Numbered from the stretch's first letter, positions 1 through 8,941 are shown. The stretch is DNA of 35,423 nt from an uncultured Atopobium sp. (GCA_937926845.1 CALBBS010000271.1:1-35423), one strand, 5' to 3'. Notes: generated by a model not told the origin, from the sequence alone. Numbers and translations: made by a program.

Positions 1-942
1 ATTGAGATTGCCCAGGGTTTGCTCTCTAACGGTGTAACTTCTTGGCTTCCAACAACACTAACCGCAAGCGTTGAGCAGACCGGTGATGCTTGTGAGTCCG
101 TTGCTGATGCAGCAGAGGGAATTGCGGCAAACGGTATTGATGCTGCTCGCATCCAGGGCATCTTCCTAGAGGGTCCTTTCTTTACCGAGAAGCACAAGGG
201 TGCTCAAAACCCAGCATACTTTCTTGATCCAGATGTAGATGTCTTTGATGAGTGGCAGGAGCGCGCTGACGGCTGGATTGCCAAGATTGCTATTGCTCCA
301 GAGCGCGATGGCGCTCCAGAGTTCTGTGCAGAGATGGCAGACCGCGGTGTTCATGTTGCACTTGGTCACTCCGATGCAACGTATGAGGAAGCTCTTGCCT
401 GCGTAAACGCTGGTGCAGACATCTTTGTTCATACCTATAACGGCATGAGCGGTCTTCACCACCGTGAGCCAGGTATGGTTGGTGCTGCAATGACCACCCA
501 CGGTACCTATGCAGAGGCTATTTGCGACGGCCATCACCTTAATCCTCTTGCAGTTCGTGCTTTGGTTAGCGCCAAGGGCTCTGATCATACCGTGCTTATC
601 ACTGATTGCATGCGTGCTGGTGGTATGCCTAACGGAGAGTACAAGCTTGGTGATTTCCCTGTTGTTGTTGAAGGTGGAACCGCTCGCCTCATGGACGAGT
701 CTCACAGCCTTGCTGGTTCAATCCTTCGTTTGTTTGAAGGCGTGAAGAACGTCTTTGACTGGGGCATTGTATCTGCTGAAGAAGCAGTTCGTATGGCTTC
801 AGAAAACCCAGCTCGCTCCTGTGGAATTGATGATGTTTGTGGCTTCATCCGTCCTGGATATGACGCTGACTTTATTGTTGTTACAAAAGATCTTCAGCTT
901 GAAGAGACGTTCCTCGGCGGAAAGAGCGTTTACAAGGCATAA
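1..942 (+). CDS. nagA: N-acetylglucosamine-6-phosphate deacetylase (5'-truncated by window edge)
   Basis: Frame is open from base 1. Amidohydrolase/NagA motifs: GVTSWLPTTLT, FLEGPF, HKGAQ, LGHSDAT, HTYNGM, CDGHH, LITDCM, LAGS, NPA. Confidence 0.95.
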   Translation: MEIAQGLLSNGVTSWLPTTLTASVEQTGDACESVADAAEGIAANGIDAARIQGIFLEGPFFTEKHKGAQNPAYFLDPDVDVFDEWQERADGWIAKIAIAPERDGAPEFCAEMADRGVHVALGHSDATYEEALACVNAGADIFVHTYNGMSGLHHREPGMVGAAMTTHGTYAEAICDGHHLNPLAVRALVSAKGSDHTVLITDCMRAGGMPNGEYKLGDFPVVVEGGTARLMDESHSLAGSILRLFEGVKNVFDWGIVSAEEAVRMASENPARSCGIDDVCGFIRPGYDADFIVVTKDLQLEETFLGGKSVYKA

Positions 943-979
943 GCAGTAGATCTTGAGTAATGCAAACTAAAGGAAGCCT

Positions 980-1423
980 ATGGAGTTCTATTCCCATAAC
1001 TATTTAATTCACCATGCGACAGTATTTGACTGGACTCAGCTTGTACTCTTCGGTCTTGTTGCCCTCTTGATGATTTTCTCGCTCATTCATTATTTGCGAG
1101 ATAGAAAGAGTTCCAAGTATCGTGAGCTGGTGTTTATTGCGCTGTTTTCATTAATCTTTCTTGGACTTCTACAGCTTAATCGTGTGCTAGAGGTTAATCA
1201 GGCAAGTAAGCACTATGAGTCAATTATTGCCTCACAAGAAAACATAGCTCGACGTCTTGAGGTTGATTTTGACCACGTGTACGTTGCCTTTGATAGCCAG
1301 GGAAATCCCTCGTATCTTGAGGTTGACGGTAAGTATTATCACGTTTTGAAAAATACCGAGAATGACTATGTCATTGAACAGATCAATCTCATTGGTAATG
1401 ACATTAAGCATGTAGAGGAGTAG
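980..1423 (+). CDS. DUF3290-family membrane protein
   Basis: 147 aa with an M-x-FYS-x-x-YL N-terminus, two hydrophobic helices flanking SKYREL, and a soluble C-terminus. Lies directly upstream of a DUF421 gene, the usual pairing. AGGA RBS. Confidence 0.75.
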   Translation: MEFYSHNYLIHHATVFDWTQLVLFGLVALLMIFSLIHYLRDRKSSKYRELVFIALFSLIFLGLLQLNRVLEVNQASKHYESIIASQENIARRLEVDFDHVYVAFDSQGNPSYLEVDGKYYHVLKNTENDYVIEQINLIGNDIKHVEE

Positions 1424-1427
1424 ATCG

Positions 1428-2072
1428 ATGAACTTTTATTTAGAAGTTGCTATTAAATTGTGCATCGGTCTTTTCTCGCTTGTTCTGGCAATTAACGTCA
1501 GCGGAAAAGGAAACCTAGCACCAACTGCAGCAATTGACCAGGTTCAAAACTTTATACTTGGCGCCATTGTTGGCGGCATGATCTACAACAGTTCAATTAC
1601 CATTTTGCAGTACACCCTTGTCCTGCTTATTTGGCTCATTATTGTTATGGTTCTCAAATGGTTGAGAACAAACAATATGCTGGTCAAGCAGTTGATTGAT
1701 GGACGTCCTGTTATTGTTATTGATAAGGGCAAGCTGCTTGTAGACAACTGTAGGTCTATGGGTCTCAATGCCTACGATGTGTCGCTGAAGCTTCGCCAGG
1801 CAGGAGTGAATTACACCTCAGAAGTTAAGCGCGCTATTCTTGAGCAAAATGGACAGCTTATTATTGTTAAGCATGGAGAAGAGAACGTTAAGTTCCCACT
1901 TATTACTGATGGGCAAGTCCAAACAAACATTCTTGAGGTACTTGATTTGGAAGAAAACTGGCTTGAAAGAGAACTTGAGGGTCAAGGTTATAAGTCTGCT
2001 TCAGAGGTTTTTTTGGGTGAGTATAATAGTGGAAATCTGATTATTACTCCGTATGAGGAGAAAGATCAGTAG
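1428..2072 (+). CDS. DUF421 (YetF-like) membrane protein
   Basis: Three N-terminal TM segments; motifs GKGNLAP, DQVQNFILGAIVGG, LIDGRP, AILEQNGQL, LITDG. GAGGAG RBS. Confidence 0.85.
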   Translation: MNFYLEVAIKLCIGLFSLVLAINVSGKGNLAPTAAIDQVQNFILGAIVGGMIYNSSITILQYTLVLLIWLIIVMVLKWLRTNNMLVKQLIDGRPVIVIDKGKLLVDNCRSMGLNAYDVSLKLRQAGVNYTSEVKRAILEQNGQLIIVKHGEENVKFPLITDGQVQTNILEVLDLEENWLERELEGQGYKSASEVFLGEYNSGNLIITPYEEKDQ

Positions 2073-2182
2073 GTTAGCAAGAGATAAAACAGTTAACCTG
2101 TTTATTCCAATTCCGTTTGCGGAAAAGATAAAAAATTTATCGTTGACTCGAATTGGAATATGTATACTAAGGCTAACTTTTA

Positions 2183-2214
2183 GAAAGCGGACTGTCGGAA
2201 GACAGCCCGCTTTC
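2183..2214. terminator. Strong hairpin GAAAGCGG-A-CTGTC-GGAA-GACAG-C-CCGCTTTC (terminator-like or structural)
   Basis: 14-position stem with a GGAA loop. One A/C mismatch on the + strand becomes a G-U pair on the - strand. U-tail is short in either direction, so the role is uncertain. Confidence 0.45.
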
Positions 2215-2398
2215 GTGCTAAAGGGGAAGTATGAATGCATGTTCAGATGATGAGAAGTGAGTAGAAAGGCAAAGAAGTAAGGAGAAACATGGGTTTCTCG
2301 CCATGTTTTTATACTCGGCACTAAGGAAAATCACACGATTTTGTTTGAAGACTTTGGCACTACACCGTATTGGTTTTTATAGTTTTGGGAGATGTAAC

Positions 2399-3394
2399 AT
2401 GAATTTGAATCCAACCGTTTCTCGTCGTAGCGCACTTGTAGCTTCCGCTTTTGGTGTGAGCGCTATTCTTGCTGGCTGCAAGCCTGAGGCTCAAAAGCAA
2501 GAAGGAGCTTCTGATAACAAAGACCAGAAGAAGCTCAACATTGTTGCAAGTTTTTATCCTATGTACGATTTTGCAAAGCGCATCGCTGGCGATCATGCTG
2601 AGGTAACATGCCTCGTTCCAGCAGGTACTGAGCCACATGATTGGGAGCCATCCAGTAAGGATATGAAGACTATCCAGGAAGCAGACTTCTTGATTTACAA
2701 CGGTGCTGGTATGGAGCACTGGGTCAAGGATGTTCTTGATGGTCTTGGCTCAGGCTCAAAGCTTGTAGCTGTTGAGACCAGCAAAGACGTTAAGCTTCTT
2801 GAACTTGAAGAAGACGACGATCATGATCATGAGGAGAAGAAAGACGATCATGACCACGATCACGACCACGGCGGAATCGACCCTCACGTTTGGCTGAGCC
2901 CTCTAAACGCAAAGATTCAGATGAAGAATATTTGTGACGCCCTTTCCGAGAAGGACTCTGAGCACAAGTCAGAGTATGCTGCCAATCTTGATAAGGCAAA
3001 CGCAGACTTTGATACGCTTGATAATGAGTTCCATAAGGGTCTTGATCCTCTTCCTAACAAGACCATTGTTGTTTCTCACCAGGCATTTGGTTATTTGTGC
3101 GAGGCTTATGGTCTCACTCAGATGCCTATTGAGGGTGTTGAGGCAGATGCAGAGCCAAATGCTCAGGAAATGAAAGAGATTACTGAGTTCGTAAAAGAGC
3201 ATAATGTAAAGGTTATTTTTACGGAGGAACTGGTAAGCCCTAAGGTTGCTCAGGCAATTGCTGAGGCAACAGGAGCTCGTGTTGAAGAGCTCAACCCACT
3301 TGAGGGTCTAACTGATGAGGAGCTTAAGGCGGGCGAGGATTACCTGTCTGTTATGCGTGACAACCTCAAGGCTCTTGAGGGTGCTCTTGCATAG
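2399..3394 (+). CDS. znuA: Zn2+/Mn2+ ABC transporter substrate-binding lipoprotein (ZnuA/AdcA family)
   Basis: Motifs VASFYPMY, EPHDWEPS, His/Asp-rich loop DDDHDHEEKKDDHDHDHDH, DPHVWLSP, VSHQAFGY, LNPLEGL. Lipobox LAGC. Start moved to ATG 2399 (GGGAG RBS) so that the signal peptide is N-terminal. Confidence 0.92.
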   Translation: MNLNPTVSRRSALVASAFGVSAILAGCKPEAQKQEGASDNKDQKKLNIVASFYPMYDFAKRIAGDHAEVTCLVPAGTEPHDWEPSSKDMKTIQEADFLIYNGAGMEHWVKDVLDGLGSGSKLVAVETSKDVKLLELEEDDDHDHEEKKDDHDHDHDHGGIDPHVWLSPLNAKIQMKNICDALSEKDSEHKSEYAANLDKANADFDTLDNEFHKGLDPLPNKTIVVSHQAFGYLCEAYGLTQMPIEGVEADAEPNAQEMKEITEFVKEHNVKVIFTEELVSPKVAQAIAEATGARVEELNPLEGLTDEELKAGEDYLSVMRDNLKALEGALA

Positions 3395-3419
3395 TGTGTT
3401 GCCAGCTTAGGCTGGATGT

Positions 3420-4286
3420 TTGGAGGACGTGTTGCAGGAAAGCAAGATAGCCGTTTCGCTTCAAGACGTTAGTTTTTCATACAAGAAAACACGTGTCTTA
3501 AGTGGTGTAAATTTAGACGTTCATCAAGGTGAGATTTGTGCGCTTATCGGTGATAACGGAGCTGGTAAATCTACGCTCTCTCGTATAGTGGTGGGAGAGC
3601 TTGAGCCTGCAAGTGGCAAGTCACTTCTTTTTGGAACGCCATCGACTCGGTTTAAGGATTGGGAGCGCGTAGGCTATGTCCCACAGCTTCCTTCTGAATC
3701 GGTTAATCGTTTTCCTGCAAGCGTTATCGAGCTCGTTGATGCAAGTCAGTATGCTCGTGCCAAGAAGGTAAAGATGAGTGCTCAAGAGCGTCGAGAGCGC
3801 ACACTTGAGGCACTTGACCTTGTGGGCATGACTGACTTTTCTACTCGTATTATCAGGGAACTCTCTGGAGGACAGCTCCAGAGAGTTCGCCTTGCTTGTG
3901 CGCTGGTTGGAAACCCATCGCTCCTTATCCTGGACGAGCCTACTACTGGTCTTGATAAAGAGAGCCGCAATCACTTCTATAACTTAGTGCGAGAAGCTCA
4001 TGCTGCTAGAGACCTTGCGGTACTTATTGTTACCCATGATCTTGCAGCTCTTGATGCCCTGGCTTGTCGAGTTATTGAAGTTGCTGACCACAAAGCTACA
4101 GAAATTGTAGGTAGGGGTCACGGTCATAATCACTGCGCCGTTCATGGAGCACATTGTGATCTTGATTCACACCACGTCCACGATCATAACCGTGGAAAAT
4201 TGGATGATTTTGCGCTGAATGAGTCACTTGGTCCTGCGTCAGACGTTGTTCAAGATGCCCAAGACTCGTATGAGAGGAGGGCATAG
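3420..4286 (+). CDS. znuC: Metal ABC transporter ATP-binding subunit
   Basis: Walker A GDNGAGKS, GYVPQ, LSGGQLQR, LILDEPT, VTHD; His/Cys-rich tail. Start is uncertain (TTG 3420 or a slightly later codon). Confidence 0.9.
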   Translation: MEDVLQESKIAVSLQDVSFSYKKTRVLSGVNLDVHQGEICALIGDNGAGKSTLSRIVVGELEPASGKSLLFGTPSTRFKDWERVGYVPQLPSESVNRFPASVIELVDASQYARAKKVKMSAQERRERTLEALDLVGMTDFSTRIIRELSGGQLQRVRLACALVGNPSLLILDEPTTGLDKESRNHFYNLVREAHAARDLAVLIVTHDLAALDALACRVIEVADHKATEIVGRGHGHNHCAVHGAHCDLDSHHVHDHNRGKLDDFALNESLGPASDVVQDAQDSYERRA

Positions 4287-5099
4287 ATGTTTGAATATGT
4301 ATTTATGCAGCGAGGAATTCTTGTGGGAATTCTTCTGGGAGCAATTATTCCGCTGGTAGGCGTTACGGTTGTATTGAAGCGCCTTTCTATGATTGGCGAT
4401 GCGCTTTCACATACTTCTCTTGCAGGTGTTGCAGGCGGCATGATTGCAGGTATTAATCCTGTTGCAGGAGCTATTGCCGCTTGTTTGGGTGGCGCTCTCT
4501 GTGTTGAGGGAGTACGTCGTCATTTCAAAGATCAGTCAGAGCTTGCAGTTGCAATTGTTATGGCAGCCGGCATTGGTCTAGCAGGTGTGTTGTCTGGTTT
4601 TGTTCCTAACTCGTCGAGCTTCAACAGTTTTATGTTTGGCTCTATCCTGACCGTGAGCGAGCAAGAAGTTCAGATGATTGTGGTCATCAGTGTGCTTGCA
4701 GTCGCATTCTGCTTCTTCCTTAGAAAAGAACTTTTCTTGATGTCTTTTGATGAGCGTCATGCCCGTTGTGTTGGTGTGCCCGTAAGTCTTATTAACTTTG
4801 GCTTTGTTATCGCAGTAGCTTTGGTGGTTGCCGTAGCAGCAAGAACAGTTGGCTCACTTATTGTTTCATCCATGATGGTGGTTCCTGTTGCCTGCGCTCT
4901 GCAGATTTCCCGAAGCTGGAAGCAATGTTGTCTGTATGCAAGCACAGTGGGTATGCTGACCTCGCTTGGTGGACTTGTTGTCTCCTATGGGCTTGGCCTT
5001 AAACCTGGAGGAACCATCGTTCTTCTCGCGGTTGTTACGCTTTTGTTTATCTTTCTGGTAAAAAGGGTTGTGCTGCTGCTCAAAACTCGCACAGTGTGA
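4287..5099 (+). CDS. znuB: Metal ABC transporter permease (ABC-3 family)
   Basis: Motifs LKRLSMIGDALSHTSLAGVA, FGSIL, SFDE, VGSLIVSS, PGGTIV; multiple TM helices. GGAGG RBS; abuts the znuC stop. Confidence 0.92.
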   Translation: MFEYVFMQRGILVGILLGAIIPLVGVTVVLKRLSMIGDALSHTSLAGVAGGMIAGINPVAGAIAACLGGALCVEGVRRHFKDQSELAVAIVMAAGIGLAGVLSGFVPNSSSFNSFMFGSILTVSEQEVQMIVVISVLAVAFCFFLRKELFLMSFDERHARCVGVPVSLINFGFVIAVALVVAVAARTVGSLIVSSMMVVPVACALQISRSWKQCCLYASTVGMLTSLGGLVVSYGLGLKPGGTIVLLAVVTLLFIFLVKRVVLLLKTRTV

Positions 5100-5113
5100 T
5101 ACTCTGAACAAAG

Positions 5114-5369
5114 TGCGTTGACGGAGAGGTTTGCCGGAGCACGTTGTGAACAGAGAGGGTGTTCGTGGCTGAGAGACACCTGCACAGCGCTGGTAGAGTT
5201 CACTCCCGAGCTACAACTTGAACGGCGTCATTGCTTAGTAGGGAAGTCGTCCGCCTAACGAGACTAGGCTTTCAAGTGGATTGCACAGAGAGAAAACTGC
5301 GCAATCAACCGAGGTGGTACCGCGGAAATTTTCCGTCCTTGGGCATATGCTCAGGGACGGTTTTCTATT
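5114..5369 (+). ncRNA. T-box riboswitch, Phe specifier, transcriptional attenuator type
   Basis: Stem I with GA/K-turn base, AGAGAG bulge and GCTGAGA distal loop. Specifier TTC (Phe) at 5199-5201. T-box GGTGGTACCGCG at 5313-5324. Terminator at 5333-5364. Lies upstream of pheS. Confidence 0.93.
5333..5364 (+). terminator. T-box intrinsic terminator
   Basis: CCGTCCTTGGGC-ATAT-GCTCAGGGACGG followed by TTTT. Confidence 0.85.
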
Positions 5370-5383
5370 GAAAGGGTAATTAC

Positions 5384-6451
5384 ATGGGAATGTCTGAGGA
5401 ACTCTCGGCAATTCGTGAGCAGGTACTTGAGGGAATTGCTAAGGCAACAAACCTTGAAGCACTTGAGAAGGTGCGCGTTGCATCAATGGGAAAGAAGGGC
5501 TCTCTTACAGCAATTATGCGTATGATGGGTCAGGTTCCCGCAGATCAGCGCCCTCAAATGGGTCAGCTTGCAAATACCGTTCGTGCTAACGTTGAGACCG
5601 CTATTCGCGAGCGTCAGCTTGCCTTAAAGCGAGAAGCCCTTGAAGCCCAGCTTAATGCCGAGGCAACCGATATTACCCTTCCAGGTCGTCGTCTGAGCCC
5701 TGGTACTCAACACCTCATTGAGCAGGTACGTGAGGAGATGGAAGACATCTTTATCAGCATGGGCTACACCATTGAGACAGGCCCTTATGTTGAGACCACC
5801 TACTACAACTTCACAGCTCTGAATGCTCCAGAGGACCATCCAAGCCGTTCTGGTAAGGATACGTTCTACGTAGTGGATAATGCACCAGAAGGAAAGGAAT
5901 CGCACGTACTGGGCGAGTCTGATGTGCTTCTTCGTACGCAGACTTCTGGCGTACAGGTACACACCATGGAGACAAAAGAGCCTCCTATCTATATGATTTG
6001 CCCTGGTACGGTATTCCGTCCCGACACCGCAGATGCTAACCACCTGCCTCAGTTTACGCAGATGGAAGGCCTTGTTGTTGATGAGGGAATCACCTTTGGT
6101 GACCTCAAGGGTACCCTTGATCACTTTACTCGTGAGATTTTTGGTAAGGACCGCGCTACCCGTTATCGTCCTCACTTCTTCCCATTCACCGAGCCAAGCT
6201 GCGAGGTAGACGTTTCTTGTGGCGTGTGCCACGGTGAGGGCTGCCGTTTCTGCAAGAACACGGGCTGGCTTGAGATTCTTGGTTGCGGCATGGTTGATCC
6301 TAATGTCTTCAAGTACTGCGGTATTGATTCCGAGAAGTACACAGGCTTTGCCTTTGGCATTGGTGTTGAGCGTGTTGCAGCGCTCCGTTATGACCTTCCT
6401 GATCTGCGCATGCTCATCTCTGGTGACCAGAGAGTCCTGCGTCAGTTCTAA
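5384..6451 (+). CDS. pheS: Phenylalanine--tRNA ligase alpha subunit
   Basis: Motifs YNFTALN..HPSR, LLRTQTS, HLPQFTQMEGL, FPFTEPS, WLEILGCGMV, GFAFGIGVER. Confidence 0.98.
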   Translation: MGMSEELSAIREQVLEGIAKATNLEALEKVRVASMGKKGSLTAIMRMMGQVPADQRPQMGQLANTVRANVETAIRERQLALKREALEAQLNAEATDITLPGRRLSPGTQHLIEQVREEMEDIFISMGYTIETGPYVETTYYNFTALNAPEDHPSRSGKDTFYVVDNAPEGKESHVLGESDVLLRTQTSGVQVHTMETKEPPIYMICPGTVFRPDTADANHLPQFTQMEGLVVDEGITFGDLKGTLDHFTREIFGKDRATRYRPHFFPFTEPSCEVDVSCGVCHGEGCRFCKNTGWLEILGCGMVDPNVFKYCGIDSEKYTGFAFGIGVERVAALRYDLPDLRMLISGDQRVLRQF

Positions 6452-6481
6452 TCATCGGCGTCTTATTAGAAAGGCAATCAC

Positions 6482-8941
6482 ATGCGTGTATCTTATGAAT
6501 GGCTGAAGACGCTCGTTGATCTTCCTCAGGACCCAAAAGACCTTGAGCGTGAGTTTGTGCGCACTGGTACTGAGGTTGAGGCTATAGAGCGTGTCGGCGC
6601 AAATCTTGACTATGTTGTTACTGCTCAGGTTGTAAGCAAAGAGCCTCATCCTGATTCGGATCACATGTACGTTACCCTGGTTGACGTGGGCAAAAACAAT
6701 GTAGATAAGGACGGAAATCCTGTTCCTCTACAGATTGTTTGCGGTGCTCAGAACTTTAATCAGGGAGACCACATTGTTACCGCAATGATCGGTGCGGTAC
6801 TTCCTGGAGACTTTAAGATTAAAAAGTCAAAGCTGCGTGGCATTGAGTCTTGCGGCATGAACTGCTCTTCTCGAGAGCTTGGTCTTGGCGATGACCAGAG
6901 CGGCATTATGATTCTTCCCGAGGACGCTCCAATTGGTGTACCTCTTACCGATTACCTGGGCATGTCTGATGTAGTTCTTGATTGCGAGATTACCCCTAAC
7001 CGCCCCGACTGCCTTTCTATGACTGGTATGGCTGTTGAGGTTTCTGCAATCTACGACACTGACACCCACATTGAGCTTCCACGTGTTACGTCTGAGTCTG
7101 GCGCAGATGTATCTGAGCAGGTAGATGTTACTATTGCTGATCCTGAGCTCTGCTCAAGGTACACCGCTCGCGTGGTTCGTAACGTCAAGATTGGCCCAAG
7201 CCCTGAGTGGCTTGCTCGTCGCGTTACGGCTTGTGGCGGCCGCTCAATCAACAACGTTGTTGATGTTACTAACTACGTGATGTACCTGACCGGCCAGCCT
7301 CTGCATGCTTTTGACCTCGGAAAACTTACCAAGGAAGATGGCAAGTACCACATTGTGGTTCGTGCTGCAGAAGACGGTGAGCACATTGTGACGCTTGATG
7401 GAGAAGACCGCGAGCTCACCTCCGATATGACGGTCATCACAGATAACGGTAAGACTCCTATTGCACTTGCTGGTGTTATGGGTGGCCTGGATTCTGAGAT
7501 TACCGAGAATACCGTTGATGTCCTTTTGGAATCCGCTGTCTTTGATAATGGCCACATTAGCCGTACCAGCAGAAACCTTGATTTGATGAGCGAGGCTTCT
7601 ATTCGTTACGAGCGTCTTGTGGATCCAAACGGCTGCGCATCTGTTGCAAATATTGCAGCAGCACTCTTTGAAGAGTGCTGTGGCGCTGAGGTTGGCCCTG
7701 GTATTGTTGATGTATATCCAAAGGTAAAAGAGGCAGTAACTATTACGCTTCGCCCAGAGCGCGTCTGCGCCCTTGCAGGTGCTCAAATTCCAAAAGAGTT
7801 TATGGTTTCTCGCCTTACGCGCCTTGGTTGCAAGGTTACTCCAGCAGACAACGGAGAGCTGAGTGTTATTGCTCCTACAAACCGTCCAGACCTTACGCGT
7901 GAGGTTGACCTTATCGAGGAGATTGTTCGCCTGTGGGGTGAAGGCGATATTGAGTCAACACTTCCTGCTGCTAGAAACCATGCAGGCGGTTTGACTTCAG
8001 ATCAGCGTCAGATCAGGAAGATTGGCCGTACGCTGCGCTCCCTTGGCCTCAACGAGACAAAGTCATATTTGTTCGCAAGTCCAGATGACCTCTCTAAACT
8101 TGGTATGAGTGAAGAGGGAAGAGGCGTTCCCGTAAAGGTTATCAGCCCACTTGTTGCTGATCAGTCTGAGATGCGTCGCTCCATTGTCCCAGGTCTTCTG
8201 CGCTCCGTTGCCTATAACCTTGCTCATGGCGTTTCTAACATTGCTATGTATGAGCTGGGCCGTGTGCTCTTTGGACATAAGGATAAGAGCCAGCCAGATG
8301 AGCCAAGCTATGTCTGTGGCGTATTGGTTGGTCGTCCAGCAGATGACGCTTGGAATGCTAAGTATCCAGCCTACGATTTCTTTGATGCCAAGGGTATTGT
8401 TGAGGGTCTGCTTGAGGCGCTTCGCATCCCTAAGGTTCGTTTCCGTGTAGCTGAGCCAGAGCAATACGGTTGGCTGCAGCCTGGTCGCGCTGCTGAGATT
8501 CTTGCAGGTAGCGAGACAATCGGTTGGGTTGGAAACATTCATCCTTTGTCGCTCCAGAACTTTGACATTGAGGTTCCAGTCATTGCCTTTGAGATTTCTG
8601 TTGCGTCGCTCTTACGTCTTTCTCAGAAAGACCTTCCTATTGTTGAGCCTCCGACCTACCCAGGCATCTCCATTGACCTGGCAATTGTTGTTGACGAGAG
8701 CGTTACTGCTGAGCAGTTGGTTCAGCGTTTGAAGTCTGCTGGTGGCAAGCTCCTCTGCGACATCAGACTTTTTGACGTGTATCGCGACGCCCTACGTGTT
8801 GGTGAAGGCAAGAAGTCTATGGCCTTCTCGCTCACGTATCGTGCAGACGACAGAACGCTTACTTCAGAAGAGGTCGAGAAGACCCACACAAAGCTTGTGG
8901 AGAAGGTTCTTCGTTCTACCGGCGGAGAAATTCGCGGATAA
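6482..8941 (+). CDS. pheT: Phenylalanine--tRNA ligase beta subunit
   Basis: Motifs HPDSD, IVCGAQN, LRGIESCGM, EITPNRPDCLS, INNVVDVTNY, RPDL..EVDLIEEI; C-terminal FDX-ACB domain (LFDVYR..KKSMAF). Confidence 0.98.
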   Translation: MRVSYEWLKTLVDLPQDPKDLEREFVRTGTEVEAIERVGANLDYVVTAQVVSKEPHPDSDHMYVTLVDVGKNNVDKDGNPVPLQIVCGAQNFNQGDHIVTAMIGAVLPGDFKIKKSKLRGIESCGMNCSSRELGLGDDQSGIMILPEDAPIGVPLTDYLGMSDVVLDCEITPNRPDCLSMTGMAVEVSAIYDTDTHIELPRVTSESGADVSEQVDVTIADPELCSRYTARVVRNVKIGPSPEWLARRVTACGGRSINNVVDVTNYVMYLTGQPLHAFDLGKLTKEDGKYHIVVRAAEDGEHIVTLDGEDRELTSDMTVITDNGKTPIALAGVMGGLDSEITENTVDVLLESAVFDNGHISRTSRNLDLMSEASIRYERLVDPNGCASVANIAAALFEECCGAEVGPGIVDVYPKVKEAVTITLRPERVCALAGAQIPKEFMVSRLTRLGCKVTPADNGELSVIAPTNRPDLTREVDLIEEIVRLWGEGDIESTLPAARNHAGGLTSDQRQIRKIGRTLRSLGLNETKSYLFASPDDLSKLGMSEEGRGVPVKVISPLVADQSEMRRSIVPGLLRSVAYNLAHGVSNIAMYELGRVLFGHKDKSQPDEPSYVCGVLVGRPADDAWNAKYPAYDFFDAKGIVEGLLEALRIPKVRFRVAEPEQYGWLQPGRAAEILAGSETIGWVGNIHPLSLQNFDIEVPVIAFEISVASLLRLSQKDLPIVEPPTYPGISIDLAIVVDESVTAEQLVQRLKSAGGKLLCDIRLFDVYRDALRVGEGKKSMAFSLTYRADDRTLTSEEVEKTHTKLVEKVLRSTGGEIRG

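Noticed and set aside
2143..2168. TTGACT...TATACT sigma70-like promoter
   Set aside because: Good hexamers but only a 14-nt spacer, so not called.
2053..2250. 65-aa ORF (and 2001-2321 on the - strand) across the intergenic region
   Set aside because: No RBS or motif, and it runs through hairpins and promoter-like sequence.
2303..2398. Longer N-terminus for ZnuA
   Set aside because: The signal peptide and RBS point to ATG 2399.
2812..2869. GAT/CAT/GAC/CAC tandem-like repeats
   Set aside because: They encode the ordinary His/Asp-rich loop of ZnuA.
6218..6255. CxxC-x4-CxxC cluster in PheS next to a Zn importer
   Set aside because: A common insertion in many PheS proteins; the adjacency is probably incidental.
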